Positions 47,578 through 61,865 of a stretch of 64,000 nt of DNA are shown here, in pieces. The position numbers and the translations under genes were made by a program. The DNA comes from Octopus sinensis. Taxonomy: Eukaryota. The stretch is from NCBI RefSeq assembly GCF_006345805.1, contig NC_043000.1, positions 51,212,001-51,276,000 of the forward strand, in the 5' to 3' direction. The notes under the pieces are model-generated. The model was not told the origin of the DNA. It was given only the letters and a program-made list of their open reading frames with translations, and did not search any database. Each line of letters opens with the position of its first letter. The stretch's first letter is position 1.

Positions 47578-50500
47578 TTAATGATATGATGCAAACTGCT
47601 CACAATGCCATATGGTGACAGGATAGCAGACTCTGCATGAGATTTATAAAACTGGGAGTAAGATTTTAAGAAAACAAAATGTATTATTTTTTTTTATTTT
47701 TAACTTGTGAAAATGTTAATTCTGTAGGTGAAGTAAATGGGATTTCTTTTCCAACATAAAAATTGTGTTATAGAGTCTTTCCATCTTGCATTCAAACTGT
47801 GCTTCATGTACTTTGATAGGCTTCTTATTTTGATTTATTACCTTGCTTGAAGATTTGAGCAATTTTCTGCATAGCAAAATTAAAGGATTTTGTTTTTAAG
47901 TTTAGAAAATAGACTCTTTAATTAAGGAACATAAAATTGATTTTATGTTTAAAAGGATAAAATCCCAGAATTCTTATTGTGATGGTATTTTCTTATAAAC
48001 GATTGTGGTCATGCTTTTCCTTCATCAATAACCATATGTAATGAGTAAAGAATGAAATTCACAAGGTTGTTGGAAAAGAAGGAGCAGATGTGTTCATACT
48101 TCCTCTAGTTAAATTAAATCAAGTGCATTTGGTCCTATGTTGGTATTTAATAGAGTGACTAATTTTGGAGACAAAATTCTTCTGAAAGGAATCCAAGTGA
48201 TAATATTAGCAGAATTGCATACAGAAAAATGAAGATATTAGTTAAAATAGTGGCATGGTCAAAAAGAAAATTCCAGTTTTACCATCATGAAATCACTGTA
48301 GCATATGTTATGCTATCTTATGTATTTTTAATCACATCATTAACTGAAATGAGATGAAAAAAAAATTTTTTAATGAATTTTGCCATAACACATTTCTCAC
48401 TCACTATTATAAGCAAAAATAGTACTTGTTATTTTTTAAATAATTTTTGAAAAAATTTCATATAAAATATCTGTTTAAAATACAGATATTGCAGATCCTC
48501 CCATATCTAGCCTCAATTGGCTTGTTATGCATCATTAGAAGAATCAACTAATTGCATTCTTGTTGGACAAAATCTCAGCTGTGTGGTTGGTTACTGATAA
48601 GAGCCAAACTGTACTTTCCTCTGCATGGTTGATCATGTATTTCAAATAAGCCACAATTGAATATATTACAAGATTGTTCTGGTAGAAATAGTATCAGATA
48701 TAGAACAGTCAAGTAAATCTGACTGGCTCCACAGTATTGCCAGTCTCCACTGATTTCTTTGATTCACTAAAGTAGTACAGATTGTTCTGGTGATATAAAT
48801 CACACTAAATACATATGGTCATTTCTGTAGAAGAATAACATCATTCAGTGGTTCTACATATTTATTTTAGACAGTATTTTACTAATATTATTAATTTTCC
48901 TATTTCCTTGCTTATGTGGGTGGAATGTTTCACAGAAAAATGACTGTTTGATAATGGTTATACAAGTTGTTTTTATAACTACATGACTAACCTAATCCTA
49001 ACTAAACTAACCAACTGTAAATTAAGACTAGAATCTGTATATCAACTAGATAGGTAAAAGAAGCAACATTATATGCTTTAAATAGAAGAGGGTTATTACA
49101 AACTATGGTGTAACATTTGCCCTGTTGTTTATTTGGTACATTGTCTAAAAATCATAGCAGTTACATCTCTCAAAGTTTTCAGATCCTAATAATTTGAAAT
49201 ACTCCCCAATAATTTATGAAAGTAAACATTTGATACTCATTAAATATGCAAGCATATATTTCCCTCCAGTTTGTGTTTGAGCTCTTAGCTAGCATATCTT
49301 TTGAAGTTGGAATACTTACAGGAACTGAAATAGTGTTTAGTAGTCATCAATAAGTTTAGACATGGTTTCTTCTTCGTTCCCCAACAGTTTTAGAGCCCCT
49401 CATATTTATGTTAAACCATAAAAAACTTGGTGACTGAAATAGAAATGATGCTTTTATGTTCTCCATGTTCTCTCTATTTTTAATCTTAAGCATTTAAAGA
49501 ATTAGTTCTCTTCTTTTGAGAGATAGGAAGATAGTGGTCGTTAGTAAGGATATTGCAAAAAACCATTGCTAATAATCGTCTTTCACTATTGTTAAACATT
49601 ATTAAAATCAAAACATATTAATTTAGAATGGCAAGCTCTGAATGACAGACCTTTTGGACACCTGCCAGCATCGAAAAATTAACATTAAAATAGCAAGAAT
49701 GAAGAAACAAAAATAATGGTGATAATATGATAATCAAGGTGATGCTGATGATGATATGATAAAGATGAAAATAATGGTGATGAATTCCAACTGTTCTGTT
49801 TGATTCTTTAAAGCAAAATATGTCTTTACTTTGCAGTATGGGTGAGAAATCTGTTTAGTTAAGTTTGTATACTGGAAAGTAAATAATCAATCTTCTATTT
49901 AAATAAGTCAGTTTTATCTATTCTACTTTCTGGTTGATATAACCGGATTTCCTGATGCTGTGTCTAGCTTTCTCAGTTATGTAGTACCTGATCATAGTAA
50001 TAGACATATTATAACCCGATTTCCTGCTAGTATGCATTAACTTTAAATCCTTCTGTCCCAATTTCCTGCTGATATATTACAATTTCCTGTACATGCTGAA
50101 CAATTTTAAAAATATACCTCTAGGCTATTTATTTAAATCATACAGAATATTACAAGACTAAAATTACAAAATAGGAAAAAAAAAAAATCAATCAATATTG
50201 ACCTGACTGATTTAGAAATTTAATTCCAGCTTATATTTTGAGTAAGCAAAAATATTATTGTATGGAGTATTACTGAATCATATTTCATCTTCAAGAAACA
50301 AAGTTAATTGTAAATTCCTTCCAAACATCAATTGTACTACATACATGACTACTCAAGAGCGAATAACCTTTAACTAATACCATTCTTTACTGGAAATTTA
50401 AGTGATTTTCAAAACTCTGCAGTACCGTAAATTTCCATCTGAGTTATACAAATTGGTACTGCACCAAAATCAAAGATTTTAAATTTGTTAAATTGTTTGA

Positions 50501-51483
50501 CAATACTATACTATATCTGGTGATGCCTAAAAAAAATGAAAAAGATTATTTATCTATAGATTGAGTACCTAAAAGAATCAGGAAGTTTCAGTCTTTCTCT
50601 TTTTGCATGAGATAACGTTTACACACTTGACATATTTCTTGACAGAATAAAGAATTTTTTTTTTAAAAAGTGATATTTTAGAACTTCATGAGTTATTAAA
50701 AAGAGCTTGAAATATTTTAAAATGTTTATGATGGTTGCTCAGCAGAGCAAACATTAATGTAAAACATTTGAAATGTAAAGAATAGTGTTATTCATATAAA
50801 AACTTCTTCGGTTCATTGTTTTATGAATCATCAGACTTCAAAGTGTTGAAGGTGCTGAAATGTTAATCCAAAAGTTGTATGTTCAAACTTATCTATAAGT
50901 ATTATATTGTGTTTTTACTTGGACTCTTTGCATTTTACTCCTAATAGTTTTCAAATAGGAATCTCTGAACAAACTCAGCTGTTACAAACTTCCTGCTAAT
51001 TCTCAAATATTTCAAAACATTAAAACCCTGTAAAGATGAAAGAACGAAATTAAAATTAGAAATATTATATTTCTAAATATCTCAGAGAGATATAAGCAGT
51101 GGTGGTACGCTAGAGCAGTTGTATACTGTCAACTTAATGTGACAGTCCCATAAAGGGAATCATACCACCGCTATTTAGCCCTAGGAAGTCAGCTTTGACA
51201 CATTTCCTGTGTCCTTATGTTTACAAGGGGGCGACAAGCACCACCATCCAGTTAAGCCTGCACCCAGAGAATAGTTTCTGAGTCTTGCTTGTTATCAGTC
51301 TGGAGTAGCATGGCTTGCTAGCTGCAGATGCTTGTCTAGACCTTGTACCTACAGTAATTGTAATTCTGAGTGTATACATTTTTTTGTTATTGCAGTTTAT
51401 GCTACAATCTACAGTTAATAATTTTAAATATTAAATAACAATAAACAAATGTTTGGCGTATTCTGTAGCCATAATTCTTTCCA

Positions 51484-51692
51484 CTTTCTATTATAGGCAC
51501 ATGGTCTGAATTTTGGTAGGAGGCGGGGGGTGGGGCTAGTTGATTTCATCAATTCCATTACTTGGATGATATTTATTTTGTTGATCCTGAAAGGATGACT
51601 AGCAAAGTTGACCATAGCAGAATTTGAACTCAGAATGTAATGCCACTAAACATATTTTCCATTGTGTTAAGAATTCAGCCAGCTTGCTGCTA
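51484..51692 (-). mobile_element. Family-B SINE
   Basis: Same head and body motifs (CATTCTGAGTTCAAATTC; CATCCTTTCAGGATC) in reverse orientation. Confidence 0.7.
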
Positions 51693-52720
51693 TTCCTTGT
51701 AGCCATAACGAGTGATGCAGAATGGTAAATACCTTATATACTGATGTATAAGACATACTCCTTTTATTCTTAAATGTAACAAAATATTGGCATCTGTCTA
51801 ATCTGACCATACAACAGATAGGGTACTGAGTGTATGATGAGCCATATTGAATTTGTTTTCCCCCAAAATATACATTGTTCTTCCATGAAAATAGGGTTTG
51901 TCTTATGCAAAAGTACACCAGGAAATAAATAGAGTAGGGATTTGAACATTTTTCTTCATGGATATCTGTGACAAAATCAAGCATAAAATTGATGAAGGTA
52001 TCTTGAAAACAATTTCAATTTTGACTTGATAGAAACAGTACCCAAATCTTCATCAGATTACACCCTTTTGGTTTAAAAAAAGAAAGGGCACATTGAATAA
52101 TAAAGACATAGGGATGACATGGTGAATGCTGAAACATATTTAAGTATAGGCCTCCTTAGTTAGAGCTGGTCTGAGTTTAAACAATAAATAACTTCCAAAA
52201 AATGCAAGATAATTTACTAATGTTGTTGAATAATAATTATTTAACCTTTCTATTTGTAATGGTAATGTCAGTGGCACAATATCACTAAAAGCAAACGAGA
52301 GAAATCTTAGAAATTCTTATGTCTCTTAATTCTGATTACTTATAAACCAAAATTTATTACTACCAACTTGTGAATTTATCTACCTCAGCAATCTGGTAAC
52401 AATCTATTATATGGAACAGAATGTTCATTTCATTGACTTCTATTACCTTCATCATCCTTATAGTAATTGCATTCACTGCCAGTCTTTATTTTTTATTACC
52501 CTCTTTTATGAACAATATTGTGTGATACTTATAATCAAATACAGTTCCAATGATCTGATCACTGGTTCATCTTCACTGTCATCGCTATCACCACATCCAG
52601 TATCATATCAGTTGCAGGAGAAAATCTATTGTAGCTGACAGAACCTCACCTAGTCTAATGAAGTTTTAATGTCCCATATGGTGAATTAAAGTAATTCGAT
52701 ATGAAAATGAGCATATTTAT

Positions 52721-52870
52721 AGGTGCAGGCATGGCTTTGTGGTAAGAAGCTTGCTTTCTAACTACATGGTTCTGGGTTCAGCCCCACAGCAAGTGTCTCC
52801 TACTATAGCCTCAGGTTGACCAAAGCCTTGTGAGTGGATTTGGTAGATGGAAACTGAAATAAACCTGTCA

Positions 52871-52901
<31 letters not shown>

Positions 52902-53137
52902 CTGACTCTGTGTGTGTGTGTGTCCATGCTTGTGTCCCATCACTGCTTGACAACTGGTGGTGGTGTGTTTACATTCATAACTTAGCAGGTAGTTACTGGT
53001 AGAATAAATAAGAACCAAACTCAAAAGAAAAAAATAAATACTGGGACTGATTCACTTGACTACAAAAAAAAAAAAGATCAAAGGTGGTGCCCCAGCATGT
53101 CCACAATTTAATGACTGAAACAAGTACAAATTAAAAG
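52721..53137 (+). mobile_element. Family-A SINE
   Basis: AGGTGCAGGCATGGCTTTGTGGTAAG...GACCAAAGCCTTGTGAGTGGATTTGGTAGATGGAAACTGAAA...ATGACTGAAACAAGT. Confidence 0.85.
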
Positions 53138-55934
53138 CTACAGAATATTGGGATTATTGAATTTCTTGTATTTCTTGTTATTATAAAATATATGTTGCAT
53201 TTAGTAGATAGGTATGATAACTTTTAGAATAATGAATATATAGATTTTGATGAACTGATTCTTGCACTTTTGTTTCATTTCTGTATCAACATATAATATT
53301 TGCAGTTAACTTAATTATTTTAATTCAAACTTATTTGCAAATTTCTTATCAGTTTTGTTTTGCAATCGTCTTTATATAATTACTGTATATAATGTTATAA
53401 AATAAGAATTAATTTGTTTTTAGGAAATATTTGATGCATTTAGGCATAAATTATTTAATTAAACTTAGAAGAGGCAATGTATAAAAATATTGTTGACTTT
53501 TGATGAAATTATAAATAAAAAGGTTTAGAAATAATTTTTACTTTTTCTTTTACTTCAATATGTTATTATCATTTCTGAAATAATATCATGCGATAGTGAC
53601 ATTAAAACTAATATGTATTTCTATAAGGCAATATTGGGATTTTATTTTCTGTTTATTGGTACCATGTATGATTTCATCATCTCTACCATTTTTGGTTGAG
53701 GAGGGGGTTGAAAGTATTCTTTCTCTTTCTTTTTCTCTCTTTTACGCTCTCTAATCTTAATTTCATATCACATTTATTGGCATCAAGTTTAAAGCTGTAT
53801 TTTTTGGTAATTCTCCAGTGCAACAGGGTCTGTCTTTTTTATATCAGAAGCAATTATTTGTTACAAATTTTTGAAGCCATCTGTGACATTTCTCTCTCTC
53901 TCTCTCTCTCAACATAAAACACCTTCTCATGCTTGTACATATTGGTGTCTCTGGGTACAACATTATGATCAATGGTTTGTATAATAATGACAAATATTAA
54001 TCATATTTAGACATTTACATCATAATCTCATCTCTAATAGCCTGTCAGTTCCTTGATTTTTCATTTTATTTATTTTTTTTTGTTCACATTTTATCTTTTC
54101 TTTCTGTTCTTTCTTGACTCTAATGCTCATCCATTCTACATAAAAGCTTTTGCTTGATTTGATGTGACATTTTTTTTCCCTTAATAGTAAAGTTATTACT
54201 GAAATCTATTGAGTGACATCAAAGTTCTCTTTCCATTGAAATAAATTATTTTTCTGTCATCATCATAATCATCATCTTTTTACTTCTTTGCCATCTTTTC
54301 GTCATTATTGTCAATATCATTAGCAGACATTTATTAATATATTCAGTTTTTGTCAATAGTATTATAGAAGAAATTATAGTTTCAATTGGGACCTCAACAG
54401 GTGAAATTTTAAAGAAATATTTGAATACTAAATGTTCTAATAGTTTGCATATACTAAGTTTTGTACTTATGTATATTTGCATGTGCCAGCATAGAACTAT
54501 ACAATATAATTAAATGCAACAACAACAAAAAAAAAATCAGTTTCCTCTAGTATAAACCTGATCACTTAGATTGCTTAATAACTTAATGTTTCTATTTCCA
54601 TTTCACTAATGTGAAATGACTGTCCTCATCGTAATCATTTTTGCAAACATTACCTTTATAATGATCTTAAAATTATTCATTATTATTGTTAGCTGTAGAA
54701 TTTTCCATATATTGTAATAATATACACAGTATTAGTTTATCAGTCTATTACCTCTTTTCAGTTTGTTCTATTCTACACAAGTCTTTTTATCTTTCCTGTC
54801 GACAAGTCTTTTTTAAGTACATATCAGTAACTATGCTTTCTTGAAAAAAAATATAAAAAGTACTCTTCTATTACGATTTGATAAATGATCTACAATCTCA
54901 GCTTCAATAGTTAAGATTTCATTTTGTCCATTAATATTTTTTCACTCTTTAAAATATGAAACAGTTTCTGTTTATTTGGTGTCTATAACCATCAGTTTTT
55001 ACACATGATATTGTAAGTTATATTTTTTTAAATATATATTTTTCATTCCAATGTTTATGATATCCATCAAATAGTATCTGATACACTATAAGAAAAAAAA
55101 AGGAACAAATACATGTAAAGATGATATGATTGAGTTGTTACTGTACATTTTGTCTCACTGAAATGGTTTAAAAAATCTATTTCTTTGCTAACAACATTGT
55201 GCACATAGTATTGGTGTTTTCATAATGGATACTGAACTGTGAAGCCATTGAAAGAATGATGTGACAATGAATGTCTTCATTGAAATATGAACTGTAGAAT
55301 AAAATTGAAAGATTGGGGAATGAATGAAGAGAAAAATCAATTATGCAAATGTAAGGAAGTTAAAACACTCGCTCACAAAATCAAAGAAACAAAATCTAGA
55401 AAACATATTAAGCACTTTCTTGAATTGATGTTGCTAGAAAGGCCTGAAAATCTGGTAACACCACCATTTGATTCACACACACACATATCACAAATACTCA
55501 TATGTAGGATTATGAATTATTTTTCTCTTTAGGGGTTAGCGTGGAAATCTTCAGTATTTGTCCTGAGAAGTAAAGTAGTGCAAAAAATCTTGTCATTTAG
55601 TTTAACTAGATTGTACCATTAACAATGATGATGGCTATCATTAAAATAAGTACTTAAGGATGGCCTGACTGTATGCCAAAATCATGCTGGAAGCTAGAAA
55701 CTTACATTTAAAAAATCTGTATTGTTTGCATTGTAACATGAGAACAAAATATTTTACTCTTGTTTGTTTCCTTATATCTTTTGTATTGCATTTTTTTTAT
55801 TCTCCAACAATTTATGCAAATTTCTAAATTATCAGAACTACACAATGTAAGCTAAAAATTCTATTCAAACTAAAGAAAATTTATATTATCTTCCTACTCC
55901 TTTCCCGCTTTTTATTCTCCTCTTCTTTACAATG

Positions 55935-56080
55935 GTAAACATGATTTCTAACAGGGGCATAATGCCAAAATGTTTGGAGAAAGATATAGCTGTTTTAGCA
56001 AATTCAAGTGCTTCCTATGTACTTGCTTTTATCAACCCCTGAAGGCTGAAAAACAGAATTTCCTTTTTGGGATCTGAAAT
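55935..56080 (-). mobile_element. Old family-B SINE fragment
   Basis: GTACTTGCTTTTATCAACCCCTGAAGGCTGAAA matches the reverse-complemented body motif. Confidence 0.4.
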
Positions 56081-56879
56081 GAATGCATAAATTGATATAA
56101 TTAAATTATTTTTGTCATGTGCTGTAGAATATCACTTATTTCACATGAAGAAGTCACAGTAGTTCATAACTATACTCATTACTAACTTCACTTGAACACA
56201 CCTCGGTGCATTTGAAACCAACTAAATACACCAAAATATATTTTTATCTGTCCATACTCTATTCATATAAAGTCACACATTCTGCTGGCTGTCATATTAT
56301 ACAGCTGGTTGTATTTTTCTCTGGTAATTTTATGTTACGAAGTTGCTACAAGTTGATTTGATTATATTATTAATTCTTCAAGCTTGAAAGTTTGGCTTGA
56401 AATTTTAAGTTGTTAGTAATATGTGATTTTTAATGTCTTCATGAAACTCTCTGTGACTATATCAGGCATTTACTATAATGATGTATGCACATGATGCATT
56501 TAAAAAATTATGTATGGTGTACATATGTGCATTTATCTTTCTATGCATTCATTGATTTTTGATATTTTAAGTCTAGTTAGACATGTAAGGAAATAATAAC
56601 ATATTATTATGGAGTGAGTACAATTGCTAGGAGGTGTCAATTCATCACAATTTGTTATAGAAATGTATGTTATTAACTATGCTCAAATTCTGTTTGATTG
56701 CATATATAAATTAAGTCCAATTTTTTTGTTAAGTTTTTCATTGTTTTATGAATATGTTAGTATAGGTGTTAATTTATTCCCACAAAACTGATTATCTTCA
56801 TGCCTTGTTAAAAGTGTCTTCATTAATCAACAGTACTGTTTTTTTCTTTTTATCTAAAAACTAAAACAAAAGTTGCCAA

Positions 56880-56896
56880 TACACACACACCCACCA

Positions 56897-56957
<61 letters not shown>

Positions 56958-56960
56958 CAC
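56880..56960. repeat. (CA)n-(CT)n-(CTAT)n compound microsatellite
   Basis: Directly visible. Confidence 0.95.
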
Positions 56961-58011
56961 CTTCACATGCACACATGCATGCACTCATTCATTAGTGTAC
57001 TGCTTGGTTAGTGCATACAATATTTTCATTTTCTGCTCAGAAAATTGCATTGTAGTATGTCATTAAGAAAATGATGAAGTTCTTGACTTAGAAGTTAAGG
57101 AGTAATACCCATTGAAGCATTCTTTGGTGGTTATTTTCAATTGATACTTTTTAAAGATATTATTAATAGAGAAAAATGGCATTCTTTTTCGGTTTACCTA
57201 TTTATATTATTCACTAATGACTTAAGATTGATCACCGTCCCTTTTCTTTTATGATCATTTTCCCTGAATGCTTCTTTTCATTCTGTTTGTGTTTGTATGT
57301 ATGTATTTGTATGTGTGTGTGTGCGTATTACCTATTAGATTATATATCAATTTCAAAACTGATTATTTCAGAATAGGTGATTATGTTTAGTAAATTTGTT
57401 CCCTCTGTTAAATTGTTAAAATCTTGTCACATACTAACTCAGGAGAGATAGTTTGGTGTAAAACCTATTAACCTTGTTAATGAAAATTGCTTGTTTTGTG
57501 TTTTTTGTTATTAATTAGAATTTATGAATGAATAAATTTTAAGTTTACTTCTCTCTTTAAATTTCATATCCAAAACAAACCATATACTAATTTATTTTCA
57601 CAGTAGGTTAGTGTTAACCAATTTAATGGTTGAAACATTATTAATAAACTAATTAAAAATAAATATACAAGGGGAAAAGAACAATATTTGTCAATGATTA
57701 ATATGTTTTCATTTTCCAATCATGATGACAGGACTATTTCAGATGACATGTTTTAGTCTTATTCTGAACTCAGTGAAGCATAACCTTCCTATATTTGCTG
57801 ATGTGATGTATGACTTCCTAAGTAAATATATGAGATTGTAAAGGAAAATTAGTGCTGTAAAATTAGTTGATTTGTGTTGATAAATAAAAATGATTAGTTT
57901 TCTATTTTACTTTCAAATAAATGTAACTATTATACTTACTATAGTATAGTATGTTATATCATTTGCTTTGTTTTAGATTGAAATAGGTACTTTATTTAAA
58001 CAGTTTAGAAA

Positions 58012-58172
58012 TATGGCTGTGTGGTAAGAAGTTAGCTTCCCAATCACATGGTTCCAGGTTCAGTACCACTGCATGTAACCTTGGGCAAGGGTCTTCTTTT
58101 ATAGCAACAGGCTGACCAAAGCCTTGTGAGTGGATTTGGTAGATGTAAACTGAAAGGAACCCATCGTTTGTG

Positions 58173-58206
<34 letters not shown>

Positions 58207-58429
58207 TTTGTGTTTGTACTTGTCCTCACCACCATTTGACAACCAGTATTGTTGTATTTATGCCCCTATAACACAGTAGTTCAGCAAAAGAGATTGACAG
58301 AATAAATACCAGACCTAAAAGAGAAAATAAGTACAATTCATTCAACTAAATTCATTCAGCTAAAAATTCTTCAAGGTGGTACCCCAGCATGGCCACAGTC
58401 AAATGACTGAAACAAGTAAAAGATAAAGA
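58012..58429 (+). mobile_element. Family-A SINE
   Basis: GGCTGTGTGGTAAG...GACCAAAGCCTTGTGAGTGGATTTGGTAG...CAAATGACTGAAACAAGTAAAAGA. Confidence 0.85.
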
Positions 58430-59680
58430 CAGATTGCAAATATCACAATTTAAAAAAAAAAAAACTCATTCAAGAATATTTTTTCCGATGTAGTACATGA
58501 TTAATTTTGAATCTTGCATTTCATCTTCCATATTTTGTATGAGAAAAACAGTTATTGCAAAGCAAAATGCTGGATTGCATTGCATTTCAACCCTATACTA
58601 GACACATAATTAAGTTCACTTTCTCAAGTTTACCTGATGCACAAAATACGTTTCCCCTCCCACTTTGTGATCAAATAAATAATGCATCCAGCTGTAAAAA
58701 TTAGTTTCTCCTACAAAACACATTCTCTCTCATGTAACTATGGTGGAAATGGATGTAAAAACAGTTAAAATATTAAACTAGAAATTCAGAAGACAATTTA
58801 GGTGAAAGTCTGCTTTGATAGTGTCAGAATATTTTTAACAGGAAACATTCATATCATATGGTGTCAAAAGTTCATATGAAATTATTATGTAAGATAGTTT
58901 ATTTATTTCATAGCGTAAAGAAAATGAAAATTGTATAAAACAATATTAAACGTAAAATGATTGCAAGTAGCGTGGTTAGTAAGTAATATATGTTTCAATG
59001 TTGATGTGTGTGTGCTGAGAAATAAAATAGTAATGTTTGTGGAAATACTGAGAACTGAATGTATTAGAATGCAAATATTAGGAGATGGGGCTATGTCCAG
59101 TGAATGTAAAATTGTTATGCTGTACTTTAAAGGAAACTGAAGTAACAAGAGAGTTACAACAGAGAAAATATTAAAAAAAACAAAGAAATGATTAAATTGA
59201 AATAGATGTGTTTAAATAATGTGAGGATATTTTGTAGATGCAACAATCAATTGTAACGGCTTAGAAAGGATTTAATAAATTATTTCACTTTTGAGTTGCT
59301 ATGAAAATGTGTATTACCCAAAGACATTGTAATTTATTCTGATAATTAGTCTAGCAAATCAAATCACTTTCCTCTCTATTTAAGTAGAAGAATATTACTC
59401 CATAACATTGGACTGTTATTGTATGATATCAAAATTTACATACACAGAGAAACTAACTCAATCTATAGCACAATCAAAATAATGACTTTTATATTATAAT
59501 GATTTCTAATTAGATATTAGTTATAATACAAACACTGTTAATGCATTAACAATTAATTATTGTTGTAGGAATTTTGCTCCAAAGTTAAAAGTCCACTTAA
59601 TGATTTATCATAATATTTAAAATGCAAAAGCTCTTCTTCAGCATTTTCTATACTGCTGAGATTGAGAGAAGATAACAAAA

Positions 59681-60064
59681 CAATTGGACCATGGCTATGC
59701 TGAGATACCACCTTGAGCAGTTTTAGACAAACAAATTGATCCCAGTACTTATTTGTTGAAGCCTCGTACTTATTTTATCAGTCTCTTTTGCCAAAATGCT
59801 AAGTGACAGTGACTTAAACAAACACTGGTTATCAAGTGGTAGTGGAGAGAAATGCAAGCACAAAGAAATACACACATGCACACATGCACATGCATGAGCA
59901 CACATGATGGACTTCTTTCAGTTTCCAGTTACCAAATCCATTCACAAGGTTCTGGTCAACATGGGCTATAGTTGAAGGCATTTTTCCAAGATGCCATGCA
60001 GTGGGACTGAACTCAGAAACATGAAGTTGATAAGCAATCATCTTACCACAAAACCATGCCTGTG
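59681..60064 (-). mobile_element. Family-A SINE
   Basis: Reverse-oriented copy (TCTTTCAGTTTCC...CCAAATCCATTCACAAGG...CATGCAGTGGGACTGAAC). Confidence 0.8.
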
Positions 60065-60104
60065 TGTGCTTGCACTCACACACACATACACACACACTAT
60101 GAAA

Positions 60105-60259
60105 GGCATTCTGGTGTTAGGAAGAGCATTGAGCCATAGAAATCATGCTATAGCAGACATTGGCACTTGATGCTGTACTCTTGTTTGTTGGATTCTTTCA
60201 AATCATTGAACCCATATCAGTTGGAAGACAGACATTAAAGGATGATGGTGATGATGATG
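60105..60259 (+). mobile_element. Old family-C retroposon 3' end
   Basis: GGTGTTAGGAAGAGCATTGAGCCATAGAAA...GACAGACATTAAAG-(GAT)n. Confidence 0.6.
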
Positions 60260-61489
60260 TGGTGTCCTGTAATATTTCTTGAATTGTGAGTTACTGCTGA
60301 ATGCTTCCTTGGTTTCTTCTCTCTAAGAGCTTATGTTAAAGCTAAATTCATTGATGCAACTCATCCACAACAAAATAAGTATATATGAAGATTGTTAAAT
60401 TGGTGTACCTTTAAGCCTCTAAGAACAATGGCTATAAAAGGATTTATTATAATTGTTTCTCTTACTTAGCTACTGTTATTAGTTTTAAGAAACTGATACT
60501 GTCTTTTTGACTATCTACTACCGAGTCATAAATCATGACAAACTTGGAATGTTGAGACAAAATATGCAATCTTTCAATTTTTGAATTATGGCCACATTAT
60601 TAAAACTTTTTATTGATAATAAATGTATCCATTAAATTACTTACCATGGTACAGTTATAATTTGCTCATTATGAATGTTTTGTCCCAGCATACTCTTGGA
60701 CATAATGGTTCAAATGAACTAAAAAAAAAATTTAAAAAAAAAGGAAAAACCAATAACTACTTCATATAGCCACTGTTTCTGAATACAAACCTAATTTAAT
60801 TATACAAGATATGTTGAGAATTTTATTGAATAGGAGGCATTTACAGAGAATGCTTAGTGTGACTGAAAGATATGGTCCACTAATATGGAAAACCCTTCAA
60901 TTAAGTTGATGATACTGCACCATGGTACCATGTCCTTGCAGAAAATTCTGGAATAATAAATCATAAACAAGTAAATAGTAAAAATGATAATTATGCTACT
61001 TCCTGAACCATATATTTCCATATTTTTCTCAACTTCTATGAATAATAATCAATACATATATATTTTTTTACATTTTATACATTATACAAGTTCTTTTTTT
61101 TATATTATATATATATATGTGTGTGTGTGTTTATATATATATATATATATATACTTTCTTCCAATATTCTTCCCAATTCCTTTTCTTATGAATTGCAACT
61201 ATGTCAACAAACTTAAAGAAAAACAAAGAATATTCACAAATGTGAAAGGAAGTTGTTTATCTAGAAAAACCTGACAGCTTAGCTAAATAAACACCATTAG
61301 ACTCTTCAGAATATTTATATATAAAAAAATAAATAAAAAAGGAAGATAAAGAAAGAAAAGAAAAGGAAAAGCTTTCAACAGGAATTGAAAAATATAGCAA
61401 ACAATTTAATATTTTGTCACTTCTGTTTAAGTTTTGTTATTGCTTGATATAATTTGAATTCTTTCTTTGGTTTCCCATTTGGGATCTTG

Positions 61490-61605
61490 GCACCATCATA
61501 ATCATTACTACCACTACCACTACTGTCATCAGTGGTATCATCATCACTACCATCATCATTAACATCATCACCACCACCACTACCACCATCATCATCATCG
61601 TCATT
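61490..61605. repeat. Degenerate (CAT/CAC/CTA) trinucleotide low-complexity tract
   Basis: Directly visible; source of the D/G/S-rich minus-strand ORF 61417-61638. Confidence 0.85.
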
Positions 61606-61822
61606 TGTTTCAGTTTGCTTTTTTTTAATCAGAAACATGTAGATTTCTTTGCTTGTGTGCTTACTGTAGTTTTATGAAGATGAGCTTATTTTGAATTTAC
61701 ATTTAGCTTTTCCATTCAGACAATTGATAAACCTTGTTTCTAATTCAGTTTGATATAATTTTATTCCTTTTTCTTTTAAAAAAGTTGCTCCCCAATTCTT
61801 TTTCCATGTATGTATGTATGTA

Positions 61823-61865
<43 letters not shown>

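Noticed and set aside
57720-57770. C-box ATGATGA and D-box CTGA, suggesting a C/D snoRNA
   Set aside because: Only ~45 nt between the boxes and no terminal stem.
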